Positions 7,789-18,116 of a DNA stretch of 64,000 bases are shown here, in pieces; positions within the stretch are counted from its first letter, which is position 1; every line of letters starts with the position of its first letter. The stretch is from contig JBGULQ010000005.1 in NCBI GenBank assembly GCA_045116295.1, positions 41,349-105,348 of the forward strand, read 5' to 3'. The position numbers and the translations under genes were made by a program. Source of the stretch: Alphaproteobacteria bacterium. GTDB lineage: Bacteria > Pseudomonadota > Alphaproteobacteria > RF32 > CAG-239. The notes beneath the pieces are model-generated. The model was not told where the DNA came from. It searched no databases and saw nothing but the letters and a program-made list of their open reading frames with translations.

Positions 7789-8373
7789 CTAATAGCCTTT
7801 TACATAGTCAATCATAGTTATAACATCAAGTTTGAGCAAATTGAGTGATTTATCGGTATTAATAACAATATCGGCTTTTTTCTTTTTCATTTCATTACTC
7901 ATCTGAACATTATTTATTTTATCAAAATCTTCAGCTTTTACATTATCTCTTTTCATTACTCTTTTCTTTTGTATTTCATAATCAACATCAGCCACCACTA
8001 CAAAATCACAAAATTTATCCAACTTCATCTCGTATAATAAAGCCACATCAATAAAAAAGCAGTCATTATACTTACTGTTTTTCTTTATCACATATTTCAA
8101 ATATTTCCGCAAAAACGGATGTGTTAATCCTTCAAGTTTTTTCAACTGCTTACTATCATTAAAAACTATATTTCGCAGTTTGCGTTTATCAACACACCCA
8201 TTTTCGACCACACTTGGAAAAACTTCTTCCACTTGCGCAATAAAAGATTTTTGAAAATACATTCTGCGTACCCATGCATCGACATCAAAAACAGTATATC
8301 CCTGCTCTCTTACAATCTTTGCAATAGTAGTTTTTCCGCAGCCTATAGAACCGGTAATTGCAATCAGTTTCAT
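7789..8373 (-). CDS. coaE: dephospho-CoA kinase
   Basis: The N-terminal P-loop reads ITGSIGCGKTT. 194 aa. Confidence 0.9.
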   Translation of the reverse strand: MKLIAITGSIGCGKTTIAKIVREQGYTVFDVDAWVRRMYFQKSFIAQVEEVFPSVVENGCVDKRKLRNIVFNDSKQLKKLEGLTHPFLRKYLKYVIKKNSKYNDCFFIDVALLYEMKLDKFCDFVVVADVDYEIQKKRVMKRDNVKAEDFDKINNVQMSNEMKKKKADIVINTDKSLNLLKLDVITMIDYVKGY

Positions 8374-8865
8374 GACAAAAATTCCAAGTTATAAACATCC
8401 GTTGTGTATAAAATTGCTCACTCTCATCAAAAGCAAGATTTTATCCAGACAATTGATACAAAGTCACTCAAGATAATAACAAGTTGATAAGTTTTGTAAA
8501 CATATTTGCAATATCTTAATAACTACAAAATAAACTTTTTACAAAACAAAACTGTTTACAAATTTTTATCTCACCCACAATACGAGTCCCTGAAAATTCT
8601 TTAAAATCATAAACTGAATGATAACATCATTATCAACATCTGCATAACTCAGTGCATAAAAAATAATCCCCAAAATTCACGGTTATCTACAAAACACAAA
8701 AACATTTTAAAATATATTATTTGGTCAAATCATCCTGTTGATAAAAAGAGCCATAAACAAACATTGACTTTTTTTCAAAATCGACATATAAACAATACGT
8801 ATTAACTAATACTTCTTATATAAATTTCCAACCCAATCCTAATTTATTTTTCCAAACAGGTACAC

Positions 8866-10119
8866 ATGCATTTAAAAGAATTGAAAGAAAAATCACCGGC
8901 TCAATTGCTTGAACAAGCAGAAGCTTTAGGTATAGAAGACGCATCATCAATGCGCAAACAAGATTTAATGTTTTCTATTTTGAAAAAAGTCGCATCTGAC
9001 GACAATATCATTTATGGAGACGGAACTATTGAAGTAATGCAAGATGGTTTTGGTTTTTTACGTTCTGCTCAATCCAACTATCTTGCCGGTCCAGATGATA
9101 TTTATGTATCTCCTGCTCAAGTCAAAAAATTTGGTCTTCGCACCGGTGATACTATTGAAGGTGAAATTAGAGCTCCGAAAGAAAATGAGCGTTATTTTGC
9201 GCTGACAAAAATCAATCGTATTAATTTTGATGATCCCGAAAAATCCAAATTACGTATAAATTTTGATAATTTAACACCTTTATACCCTACTGAAAAACTT
9301 GATTTTGACGTTATATGCGGTGATAAAGATTACACAACAAGAATAATTGACTTAATATCTCCGCAAGGCAAAGGTCAGCGCGGATTGATTGTTGCCCCTC
9401 CCCGAACTGGTAAAACCGTTATGTTGCAAAATATTGCTCATGCTATTTCTACCAATCACCCTGAAATTTATCTTATGGTTTTGTTGATTGATGAACGCCC
9501 AGAAGAGGTTACAGATATGACCCGTTCGGTTAAAGGTGAAGTTATATCATCAACTTTTGATGAACCGGCGACACGCCACGTTCAAGTTGCTGAAATGGTT
9601 ATTGAAAAAGCTAAACGATTAGTTGAAAACAAAAAAGATGTCGTTATTTTGCTTGATTCTATTACTCGTTTAGGTCGTGCATATAATACGGTTATTCCTT
9701 CATCAGGCAAAGTTTTAACCGGTGGTGTAGATGCAAACGCTTTACAACGTCCAAAGCGTATTTTGGGTGCAGCACGTAATGTTGAAGAAGGTGGTTCTTT
9801 AACAATTATTGCTACCGCTTTGATTGATACCGGATCTCGTATGGATGAAGTTATTTTTGAAGAATTCAAAGGAACAGGTAATTCCGAAATTATCTTGGAT
9901 CGCAAACTAACCGACAAACGTTTGTTCCCGACAATAGATATTACCCGCTCCGGTACCCGTAAAGAAGAATTGCTTGTTGATAAAGCAACATTAACCAAAA
10001 TGTGGGTTCTGCGTCGTGTCTTGATGCAAATGGGTATGACCGACGGTATGGAATTTTTGCTTGATAAACTAAAACAAAGCAAAGACAACAAAGACTTCTT
10101 TAATAATATGAATTCTTAA
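8866..10119 (+). CDS. rho: transcription termination factor Rho
   Basis: An N-terminal OB/RNA-binding domain, Walker A PPRTGKT, and the Q/R loops are present. 417 aa, with a 490-bp leader upstream. Confidence 0.97.
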   Translation: MHLKELKEKSPAQLLEQAEALGIEDASSMRKQDLMFSILKKVASDDNIIYGDGTIEVMQDGFGFLRSAQSNYLAGPDDIYVSPAQVKKFGLRTGDTIEGEIRAPKENERYFALTKINRINFDDPEKSKLRINFDNLTPLYPTEKLDFDVICGDKDYTTRIIDLISPQGKGQRGLIVAPPRTGKTVMLQNIAHAISTNHPEIYLMVLLIDERPEEVTDMTRSVKGEVISSTFDEPATRHVQVAEMVIEKAKRLVENKKDVVILLDSITRLGRAYNTVIPSSGKVLTGGVDANALQRPKRILGAARNVEEGGSLTIIATALIDTGSRMDEVIFEEFKGTGNSEIILDRKLTDKRLFPTIDITRSGTRKEELLVDKATLTKMWVLRRVLMQMGMTDGMEFLLDKLKQSKDNKDFFNNMNS

Positions 10120-10124
10120 AATTA

Positions 10125-10165
10125 ACCCCCTTATCCAAAAAAGATAAGGGGTTTTCTTTATTTTG
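10125..10165 (+). terminator. rho-independent terminator after rho
   Basis: A CCCCCTTATC ... GATAAGGGG stem is followed by TTTTCTTTATTTT. Confidence 0.7.
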
Positions 10166-10826
10166 AAAAATCAATTAAAAATCTTTCTACATCTCTCATT
10201 TTAAAAAATATATTTTTAACTCCTAATTTTTTGACTTTTTCAATATATTTATTGTTATTATTCATTTCACATCCCAAAAAAGCCACAACCGTCATTCCGG
10301 CTTTTAATCCGGCAGTCATACCTGCAATAGAATCCTCTATCACCACACAATTTTCAGGTTTTACCCCCATTTTTTGAGCTGCCAGTAAAAATAAATCTGG
10401 TTCCGGCTTGCCTTTTTTAACCAGATCAGCAGTAAAAAGACAATCATTAGGAATATATTTTTCAAGTTTTGCTGATTTTATTTTGAGTATTGTTTTTGAT
10501 AAAACACCGCCGGTTGCTACACATTGTAACAATGACTTATTTTTTAATATTTTAACTATACCATATACAGGTCTAATTCCGCCGTTTAATTTTTCCACAT
10601 CGATTTTTATAGCTTCTGCCCAGAAGTCATCACTTGTTATAATTCCGAGCTTATCAAGATTTTCTCGTTTGGTTTTATCGCTCATTCCGCCGCAATATTG
10701 ATTTATGGTATCAAAATCCCAGTTTAGAGAAAAATATTTATTGAGCATATCAAGTCTTGTTTCAAGCCACAATTTTTCCGTGTCGGCAATAACGCCATCA
10801 AAATCCCAAATAATTAGTTTTTTCAT
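10158..10826 (-). CDS. HAD-IA family hydrolase (beta-phosphoglucomutase/phosphatase-like)
   Basis: The start MKKLIIWDFDGVIADTE gives HAD motif I DxDG. A GGAG SD lies 7 nt upstream of the ATG at 10826. The HAD motifs S/T, K and DD follow. The track's longer alternative start is at 10895. Confidence 0.8.
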   Translation of the reverse strand: MKKLIIWDFDGVIADTEKLWLETRLDMLNKYFSLNWDFDTINQYCGGMSDKTKRENLDKLGIITSDDFWAEAIKIDVEKLNGGIRPVYGIVKILKNKSLLQCVATGGVLSKTILKIKSAKLEKYIPNDCLFTADLVKKGKPEPDLFLLAAQKMGVKPENCVVIEDSIAGMTAGLKAGMTVVAFLGCEMNNNNKYIEKVKKLGVKNIFFKMRDVERFLIDFSK

Positions 10827-11017
10827 TTTTACTCCACCAAAAATTGAATCCGTCAGAAGCCCGTACAGAGGAATTTTGATTATTTTATGATACAAGTATT
10901 AAGAATAAATAAAAATACTCTCCAGAGTCAAAAAAACGCCTTTTTTACCATCATATAAAAAATCAAACAATAATCCCCTCACCGTCAAAAGTGAGGGGAT
11001 TATTGTAAAATTAGTCG

Positions 11018-11725
11018 CTACCTTGTACTCTTTATTTCATATAAAAAATCTTTCTTCAGTCCTACAGATACTATATCATGATTGACAAATCTGTATTTTA
11101 TGGAATCGCCAGCACTAACATAAAGGAGCCCGTCTGAAAACGTCAATTTTTTTCCTCCCTCAATGTAAAAAGTATATATACCATTCTTAACAACCAGCTT
11201 TTCACCTCCATATGTATAAACATATTGGGTACCAGACGCGTTTTTATTACACTCCACTTTATTAATTTTGTGAAAAGGCTGCTCATAGAAATTATTTACT
11301 TCTTTTTGATAGACAGTTTCTGCATCATAAAATATAATAGCAACATAACACAAAAACACTACACAAACAAATAAACCGGCAGCAATTTGATCTTTATCAT
11401 TTATAGTATTGCTAAACCCTGTTACAGGCACCACAGGTACCATTAGAATATTTATAAAGAACCAATGCCATACCACAGAAATAAATAATATTGCCAATAC
11501 TTGCCAGAACCCGATGCCAAACAACAACAAAGATATAAAAAATATATCAAATGTCGTTGTTATTAACACTAATTTTTCTACGGGTAAAGTCGCTTTAAAT
11601 AGTGTGCAGGAGTTTGGCAAAATAGTTGTTAATGCTACAAACGCAGCAGCAACAAAACTTATTACCAACATGTAAAAATGCGGATAAACGCCATCAAACA
11701 ACCCTACTTTCGTACAGTAAAACAT
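11018..11725 (-). CDS. hypothetical integral membrane protein (about 4 TM plus a C-terminal soluble domain)
   Basis: Hydrophobic helices are followed by a beta-rich C-terminal domain. The track start at 11737 is TTG and the first ATG is at 11725. No clear SD is present, so the start is uncertain. Confidence 0.55.
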   Translation of the reverse strand: MFYCTKVGLFDGVYPHFYMLVISFVAAAFVALTTILPNSCTLFKATLPVEKLVLITTTFDIFFISLLLFGIGFWQVLAILFISVVWHWFFINILMVPVVPVTGFSNTINDKDQIAAGLFVCVVFLCYVAIIFYDAETVYQKEVNNFYEQPFHKINKVECNKNASGTQYVYTYGGEKLVVKNGIYTFYIEGGKKLTFSDGLLYVSAGDSIKYRFVNHDIVSVGLKKDFLYEIKSTR

Positions 11726-11953
11726 TACGATAGTCAAACAACAGCGAGAACTGTGCTAATTGATTTGAGCACAAACGATTTTTTAATGTAATCCATAATG
11801 ATATCATTTTTAATAAATTAATAATTTTTATTTATCATCAAGATAGCATAAAAATATAACCAAGTCAAATATTTTGTCAAATTTTGTAATTTAATCTTGC
11901 ATAAAAAATCAAACGGTTTATAAATATTTTCATTGATAAAAAGGAATTTTAAT

Positions 11954-13294
11954 ATGGACAATAAAACCATTTATGCCCTATCAACCGTTTTTGGAAAATC
12001 AGGCATTGCCACCGTTCGCATTTCCGGAAAAAACGCTCTTGAGGTCTTAAAAAAACTTTCTGATATTGACACAAAAAACGTTATTCCGAGACATGCTTAT
12101 TTTTCAAAACTCCACGGAGTTGATAATATCCCGCTTGACCATGCTGTTGTCATATATTTTCAAGCTCCGTATTCTTTTACCGGAGAAGATATTGTTGAAA
12201 TAAGCTCGCACGGCTCAAAAGCTGTAATATCATCTCTTTTATCCAACTTATCACAAATTGACGGTTTTCGCCTTGCTGAAGCCGGAGAATTTTCAAAACG
12301 CGCATTTTATAATAACAAAATTGATTTGACTGAGGCTGAAGGATTGGCCGACCTGATTGATGCAGAAACATCTGAACAGCAAAAATATGCTTTACGCCAA
12401 ATGGATGGTGAACTCAAAAATTTATACGATGGCTGGCGCTCAGAACTTGTTAATGTTTTATCTCATCTTGAGGCTTATATTGATTTTCCTGATGAAGAAT
12501 TGCCCGAAAACATTGTTTTAAACCTTGAAAACACTGTATTTAAAGTCAAAGAATCAATCAAAACACATCTTTCACAAAGCAATTATGGTGAAAGACTAAA
12601 AGACGGGTTTAGAGTTGTAATTATCGGTGAACCGAATTCCGGAAAATCGAGTTTGCTTAATACACTTGCCAACCGTGAGGCTGTAATTGTATCTGACATC
12701 GCCGGCACAACCCGCGATGCTATAGATATTCATATGGATATAAATGGTTATCCGGTTGTATTTACTGACACAGCCGGACTGAGAAATACAACAGAAACTA
12801 TTGAGAAAAAAGGCATAGAAATAGCTTATGAAAAAGCTAAAGATGCAGATCTTATACTTGCAATGGTTGATGGAAAAAATCCTAATTTCGACCAATTTAA
12901 TGATATTGCTTCAACCTGCTCCAAAAAAATTATATATGTTATAAATAAGTCTGATTTGCTTAATGAGAAACAGTGTTCTGAATACAAAAAATCCGGATTC
13001 ATTGTTATTTCAGCCAAACATAAAAACGGAATTGAAGATCTTATTTCCGCTATTAATGAACGTATATCTTCAGAGTTTACTCAAAATTCTTCTGCTTTAA
13101 TTACAAGACAGCGTTATAGAGAGGTTTTGAACGATGTATTTAAAAATCTTAATGACTTTAATCTTAATAAATCCATAGAGTTAGCCGCCGAAGATATTCG
13201 TCTTGCTGCCAGAAGCATTGGCAAAATCACCGGACATATTGAGGTTGATGAAATTCTTGATAAGATTTTCGGGAGTTTTTGTATTGGAAAATAA
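11954..13294 (+). CDS. mnmE: tRNA modification GTPase MnmE
   Basis: An AAGGA SD precedes the start. The G-domain motif GEPNSGKSSL and the C-terminal CIGK motif are present. 446 aa from the ATG at 11954. Confidence 0.95.
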   Translation: MDNKTIYALSTVFGKSGIATVRISGKNALEVLKKLSDIDTKNVIPRHAYFSKLHGVDNIPLDHAVVIYFQAPYSFTGEDIVEISSHGSKAVISSLLSNLSQIDGFRLAEAGEFSKRAFYNNKIDLTEAEGLADLIDAETSEQQKYALRQMDGELKNLYDGWRSELVNVLSHLEAYIDFPDEELPENIVLNLENTVFKVKESIKTHLSQSNYGERLKDGFRVVIIGEPNSGKSSLLNTLANREAVIVSDIAGTTRDAIDIHMDINGYPVVFTDTAGLRNTTETIEKKGIEIAYEKAKDADLILAMVDGKNPNFDQFNDIASTCSKKIIYVINKSDLLNEKQCSEYKKSGFIVISAKHKNGIEDLISAINERISSEFTQNSSALITRQRYREVLNDVFKNLNDFNLNKSIELAAEDIRLAARSIGKITGHIEVDEILDKIFGSFCIGK

Positions 13295-13302
13295 CACTGT
13301 AT

Positions 13303-13875
13303 TTAAAGCCTGTAAATATATACATTCTTAAACAAAAGCTTTTTCCCGGTCTTAATTTCCTCTACAAGTGGCAAATTTGGAATCTTAAATGTGTTGGAAA
13401 AAATAATCTGAGACTTTTTATTGTCATGCAGTACTTTTTCTCCAAATTTTTTCATTAACGGATCCATCAAAAAACAAGTGATAATATCGGCTTCTCCAAA
13501 GTCACAATCAAACATATTATTACAAATAAATTTGATATTTTTAAGTTTTCTTGCCCTCATGCGACATATAAAACACGCAAATTTATTCCACTCGATTCCG
13601 ACAAAGTTATGATTCTTATATTTCTTAGCAAGGCTCAACAACAATGTTCCTGTACCGCAACCCGGATCAAGCACAGTCATTGGATTTTTGCTGCTATTGA
13701 GTATTGATCCGACTTTTTCAATAATAATTTTCTTTTCTTTTCCAAAACTTGGAATATATGGCGGACATTCACGATATTCCTTGCTGATAAACAGTTTGAT
13801 AATAACAACCCACATCCATAAAACAGCGGCCATAATTATCAAATTTATCACCGTAGCAATATAAAAAGTAAACAT
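13303..13875 (-). CDS. class I SAM-dependent methyltransferase with N-terminal TM anchor
   Basis: Motif I reads VLDPGCGTGTLL. One N-terminal TM helix is present. A GGAGA SD lies 6 nt before the ATG at 13875. The track's longer start is at 13920. Confidence 0.7.
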   Translation of the reverse strand: MFTFYIATVINLIIMAAVLWMWVVIIKLFISKEYRECPPYIPSFGKEKKIIIEKVGSILNSSKNPMTVLDPGCGTGTLLLSLAKKYKNHNFVGIEWNKFACFICRMRARKLKNIKFICNNMFDCDFGEADIITCFLMDPLMKKFGEKVLHDNKKSQIIFSNTFKIPNLPLVEEIKTGKKLLFKNVYIYRL

Positions 13876-13998
13876 ATTTTTCTCCATATAGTTGTCTATG
13901 TTCCATAATAAACGCCGCATCTATAAAAAAAGGTTAATTTTTACCTTGCCAAACGTGCAAAACTATAATAAACCAATGTAATTCATTGAGGTGTATAA

Positions 13999-15837
13999 AT
14001 GCAGAAACATTATGATGTCATAGTAGTCGGCGGCGGACATGCCGGCTGTGAAGCATGCGCAGCATCGGCTCGCATGGGAGCTAAGACTCTGCTTATTACA
14101 CACAAAAAGTCTACCATTGGTGAAATGTCATGCAACCCTGCAATCGGCGGACTTGGTAAGGGGCATTTTGTACGTGAAATAGACGCTCTTGATGGCTTAA
14201 TGGGGCGCGTTATTGATAAAGCCGGAATACAGTTCAGAATGCTTAATATGTCAAAAGGACCTGCAGTCCGCGGACCGCGTGCTCAAGCAGATCGTGATTT
14301 GTATCGCAAATATATGCTTGAGGCACTTAACGCGCAACAAAATCTTGAAATAATGGAAGCAGCAGTTGAGGGACTGTTGTTTAACAATCATAATGTCAAT
14401 GGCGTAAAACTTTCTGATGGTACAGAAATATTGTCTTCATCTGTTATCTTAACTACCGGAACTTTTTTAAATGGTGTTATGTTTATTGGTCACGAAACTA
14501 CTGTTGGCGGAAGAGTTAACGATGTTTCATGTGCTGGTATAACACCGTATTTAAAGTCTATGGGTATTAAAGTTGGACGCTTAAAAACTGGTACGCCTGC
14601 TCGCTTGAACGCTGATTCAATAAACTGGGATATACTCGATGTTCAGTCAGGAGACAATCCGCCTCAACCATTTTCATATTTAACCAAAGAAATCACAAAT
14701 CCCCAGATAAACTGCTATATAACTCACACCAACGAAAAAACTCATAAGATAATTCGTGATAATTTTGAAAAATGCGCCCTTTTTTCCGGATTAATTAAAG
14801 GCGTCGGTCCAAGATATTGTCCCAGTATTGAGGATAAACTGGTAAAATTTGCAGATCGAACCAGTCACCAAATTTTCCTTGAACCCGAAGGTTTAAATAG
14901 CAAAGTTGTTTATCCGAATGGACTTTCAACCTCGCTTCCTGCAGATGTTCAGGATGAATTTTTGCATACCATAAAAGGACTGGAAAATGTAGAAATAATA
15001 CGATATGCCTATGCAATTGAATATGATTATGTCGATCCGCAAGAACTTGATCATTGCCTGCAGGTTAAAAAAATACCAAATCTTTATCTTGCCGGCCAAA
15101 TCAATGGAACAACCGGTTATGAAGAAGCCGCAGCACAGGGAATATTGGCGGGTATAAACGCCGCTCTCAACGCCACCGACAAAGGCAATGAGTTTACTAT
15201 TGATCGCAGTCAGGCATATATTGGTGTTATGGTTGATGATCTCATAACCAAGGGTGTTGACGAGCCATATCGTATGTTTACATCGCGTTCTGAATATCGC
15301 TTATATCTTCGTGCTGACAATGCTGATGCCCGACTAACGGAAGCCGGCTATAAAATTGGTTGTGTTGGTCAATATCGTTATGATGTATTCAAAACCAAAC
15401 AAGAACAAATTTCAAGGCTCAGAGCAATGGTTGACGAATTATCTATACGACCTCTTGATATGGAAAAATACGGCATCAAAAAAGATTCGCGCCGCACGGC
15501 TTTCAATTTAATGTCTTATGAAGATGTTTCACGTGAAACAATTTTAAAGATATGGCCACAACTGGCTGATTTTAAACCCGAAATTTACGAAGCTGTCGAA
15601 ATAGAGGCAAGATATTCCGGCTACATAAAAAGACAAATGGCAGATATTGAAGTATTTAAAAAAGATGAACAGCTAAAAATTCGTGATGATATAGACTATA
15701 GCAAAATAGGCGGATTATCCAACGAAATGGTGATAAAACTTAGTCGAGTTCGCCCCTCAACTATTGGTGAAGCATCGCGAATTTCCGGAGTAACACCAGC
15801 GGCAATAATGGCAATATTGGGATACATGAAAAAATGA
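13999..15837 (+). CDS. mnmG: tRNA uridine 5-carboxymethylaminomethyl modification enzyme MnmG (GidA)
   Basis: The FAD-binding N-terminus [13 protein letters not shown] is present. 612 aa. Confidence 0.97.
   Translation: MQKHYDVIVVGGGHAGCEACAASARMGAKTLLITHKKSTIGEMSCNPAIGGLGKGHFVREIDALDGLMGRVIDKAGIQFRMLNMSKGPAVRGPRAQADRDLYRKYMLEALNAQQNLEIMEAAVEGLLFNNHNVNGVKLSDGTEILSSSVILTTGTFLNGVMFIGHETTVGGRVNDVSCAGITPYLKSMGIKVGRLKTGTPARLNADSINWDILDVQSGDNPPQPFSYLTKEITNPQINCYITHTNEKTHKIIRDNFEKCALFSGLIKGVGPRYCPSIEDKLVKFADRTSHQIFLEPEGLNSKVVYPNGLSTSLPADVQDEFLHTIKGLENVEIIRYAYAIEYDYVDPQELDHCLQVKKIPNLYLAGQINGTTGYEEAAAQGILAGINAALNATDKGNEFTIDRSQAYIGVMVDDLITKGVDEPYRMFTSRSEYRLYLRADNADARLTEAGYKIGCVGQYRYDVFKTKQEQISRLRAMVDELSIRPLDMEKYGIKKDSRRTAFNLMSYEDVSRETILKIWPQLADFKPEIYEAVEIEARYSGYIKRQMADIEVFKKDEQLKIRDDIDYSKIGGLSNEMVIKLSRVRPSTIGEASRISGVTPAAIMAILGYMKK
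15525..15540. promoter_or_regulatory. parS centromere site TGTTTCACGTGAAACA (inside mnmG coding)
   Basis: This is a perfect 16-bp match to the canonical parS palindrome. It encodes DVSRET. Confidence 0.85.
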
Positions 15838-16484
15838 ATAATTTAGCAGAGCAAATTATTGACAACAAAGGATACCCGAGCAAAGAGCAAGCGCTTAAAA
15901 TATGGGAGGGCGGAATAGTTTACCGCCTTTCGCGCCCATACGGCTTTACATTTGAAAACGAATATCGCTTTCACACCATGGGCGTTGCTTCCGCTGCGGA
16001 AAAAATCGCTCGCTATATTCCTTCCATGGATCCCGAAAAAGCCTTTGTTCTCGGATTATTGCATGATTATGGCAAAAGAATTAACGAGCGCATAGAAGGG
16101 AGATTTCATGGGCAAGAAGGTTATGAGCAAATGCTTAAAGCCGGTTATCCTGATGTTGCAAAAGTTTGCTTAACTCATACATTTGCAAAACCGGATTTTC
16201 CTGACGAAGAATATTCATATCCGCAGGAATGGAAAGATTGGGCTCGTAATATACTAAAGAATATAACATATGACGATTATGACTATTTAATTTGTCTTTG
16301 CGATAAATTTTTTGAAGGGCTTTCAATAGTTTCAATTTCAAATCGTGTAAAGGGTATTGTTAACCGCTATCGCCTCAGTAAGATAGAAGAAAATTACCTG
16401 CTTGCAGAGTCAATGCAGCTTAAAGATTATTTTGATAAAAAGACCGGTCAAGATATATATAAAATTTTGGATATAGAGGACTAA
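15834..16484 (+). CDS. HD-domain phosphohydrolase (small, 216 aa)
   Basis: The H ... HD ... H ... D metal-ligand pattern is present (HTMGV, LLHDYGK). The start ATGA overlaps the mnmG stop. Confidence 0.8.
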   Translation: MNNLAEQIIDNKGYPSKEQALKIWEGGIVYRLSRPYGFTFENEYRFHTMGVASAAEKIARYIPSMDPEKAFVLGLLHDYGKRINERIEGRFHGQEGYEQMLKAGYPDVAKVCLTHTFAKPDFPDEEYSYPQEWKDWARNILKNITYDDYDYLICLCDKFFEGLSIVSISNRVKGIVNRYRLSKIEENYLLAESMQLKDYFDKKTGQDIYKILDIED

Positions 16485-16485
16485 A

Positions 16486-17316
16486 ATGCAACTGTTCAGC
16501 TATCATACTCATACAAATTTTTCAGACGGCAAAAACAGTATTAAAGAAATGATTGAGCAAGCCGTTTCTTTAGGTTGGAAAGAGCTTGGAATCAGCGATC
16601 ATTTAATAGTCCATAAAAATATTCCTAACAGTCAATCATGGCCAAGATGGAAAAAAGAGCCAAATATATATTACTGGGACTTTAATAGTATATATGAAAA
16701 ATTTGCTCGTCACATTGAAGAAATACGCAAAATATCTGCAAATTTCCCCATAAAGGTGAGGGTAGGTGCCGAGGTCGATTTTTTCACTTACGATGGTTGG
16801 CTTGATGAATTTACAAAACTCCGTGAAAAGCTGGACTTTGACTATTGTATTTCCGGCAATCATTATTTATTCTTAGATGATGCCGGTGAAAATATCATTG
16901 AATTCAAAGATTCTGAACTCCTACCATTAGATAAACAAATAAATATGATTAGGCAACATTTCAAAATTATATGTCGAGCCGCCAGCAGTGGTTTGTTCGA
17001 TTTTATTGCTCATATAGATTATATCAGAAAAATGCCAATTTATAACACAACCGACTTTAGTAACGAAAAAGCAGAATTAATAAAAACACTTGCCGCACAT
17101 AATGTTGCTACCGAAATCAGCACTAAAGGTCTCAGAAAAAGTGATTATTTTTATCCTGACAGCGATATGCTGAAAAACGCAATTAAAAACAATGTCAAAA
17201 TAGTTATAAGTGATGATGCGCACCGCACAAACGAACTAGGATATAGATTTGACTATGCTGAAGATACTCTTCGCCAATACGATTGCACTTCGCGATGGAA
17301 TTTTGTTGAGAAATAG
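16486..17316 (+). CDS. PHP-family phosphoesterase, HisJ/HisK-type histidinol-phosphatase-like
   Basis: Motifs line up with B. subtilis HisJ from memory: YHTHTNFSDG, RVGAEVDF, IAHIDY, STKGLRK and ISDDAHR. It starts 1 nt after the HD gene stop. Confidence 0.8.
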   Translation: MQLFSYHTHTNFSDGKNSIKEMIEQAVSLGWKELGISDHLIVHKNIPNSQSWPRWKKEPNIYYWDFNSIYEKFARHIEEIRKISANFPIKVRVGAEVDFFTYDGWLDEFTKLREKLDFDYCISGNHYLFLDDAGENIIEFKDSELLPLDKQINMIRQHFKIICRAASSGLFDFIAHIDYIRKMPIYNTTDFSNEKAELIKTLAAHNVATEISTKGLRKSDYFYPDSDMLKNAIKNNVKIVISDDAHRTNELGYRFDYAEDTLRQYDCTSRWNFVEK

Positions 17317-17483
17317 ATTCCGCTTTGTTTTGTATGTTACTGTTTTCTTTTAATAATTTATTGAGTTGTTAATTTTTTGATTCATTGTGTTTTGGTAATG
17401 GCTTGAATTAGTGCCATATTTTTATGTGTTTATAAGTCGTTTTTTTATTTTTAAAAAATGATTTTAAAATATATAAAAAGAGT

Positions 17484-18116
17484 ATGAATAATTTTTGCGA
17501 AAAATATAATGTTTCACGTGAAACATATTTAAAACTTGACCGCTACTGCCAATCATTAACAGAGTGGCAAGAGAAATTTAACCTCATAAGCAAAAACACA
17601 TTAAATGATATTTGGAATCGCCATATAGAAGATTCGGCGCAAATTTTTGAGCACATTCCATCAAAAGCAAAAAAACTTCTCGATATTGGAAGTGGAGCAG
17701 GATTTCCCGGAATGGTGATAGCTATTATAGCATCTGAAAAAACACCGTATTTAAATATTACTCTCGTTGACAGTATACATAAAAAAACACTGTATTTAAA
17801 CCACGTCAAAGAACTAAACAACCTTTCAAATGTTGAAATTTTAAACGATAGGGCTGAAAACATCACTGGCTCTAAGTTTGATGTTATAACTGCACGTGCC
17901 GTAACTGCTCTTACGGAACTGCTAAAATATTCCCACCCGCTGCTCTCAAAAAACGGCGTGTGTATATTCCTCAAAGGTCGCAGTTATAAAGATGAAATAT
18001 TTACAGCAAGACAAAACTGGAATTTTGACTGCAAGGAAATCAACAGCCAAACATCAGACGAAGGAAAGATTTTAATTATCAGCAATATTGCAAAAAAAGG
18101 AGAAAAAAATGCCTAG
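17484..18116 (+). CDS. rsmG: 16S rRNA (guanine527-N7)-methyltransferase RsmG (GidB)
   Basis: The SAM motif LDIGSGAGFPG is present. 210 aa. It follows mnmG as in the gidAB cluster. Confidence 0.9.
   Translation: MNNFCEKYNVSRETYLKLDRYCQSLTEWQEKFNLISKNTLNDIWNRHIEDSAQIFEHIPSKAKKLLDIGSGAGFPGMVIAIIASEKTPYLNITLVDSIHKKTLYLNHVKELNNLSNVEILNDRAENITGSKFDVITARAVTALTELLKYSHPLLSKNGVCIFLKGRSYKDEIFTARQNWNFDCKEINSQTSDEGKILIISNIAKKGEKNA
17510..17525. promoter_or_regulatory. parS centromere site TGTTTCACGTGAAACA (inside the rsmG 5' end)
   Basis: This is a perfect 16-bp parS. It encodes NVSRET at rsmG codons 9-14. Confidence 0.85.

Noticed and set aside
9582-10091. 169-aa minus-strand ORF inside rho
   Set aside because: It is antisense to rho with a Ser-rich low-complexity translation.
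11409-11675. 88-aa + strand ORF inside the membrane-protein gene
   Set aside because: It is antisense to a hydrophobic membrane-protein ORF. The Asn/Thr-rich translation is typical of AT-rich shadow frames.
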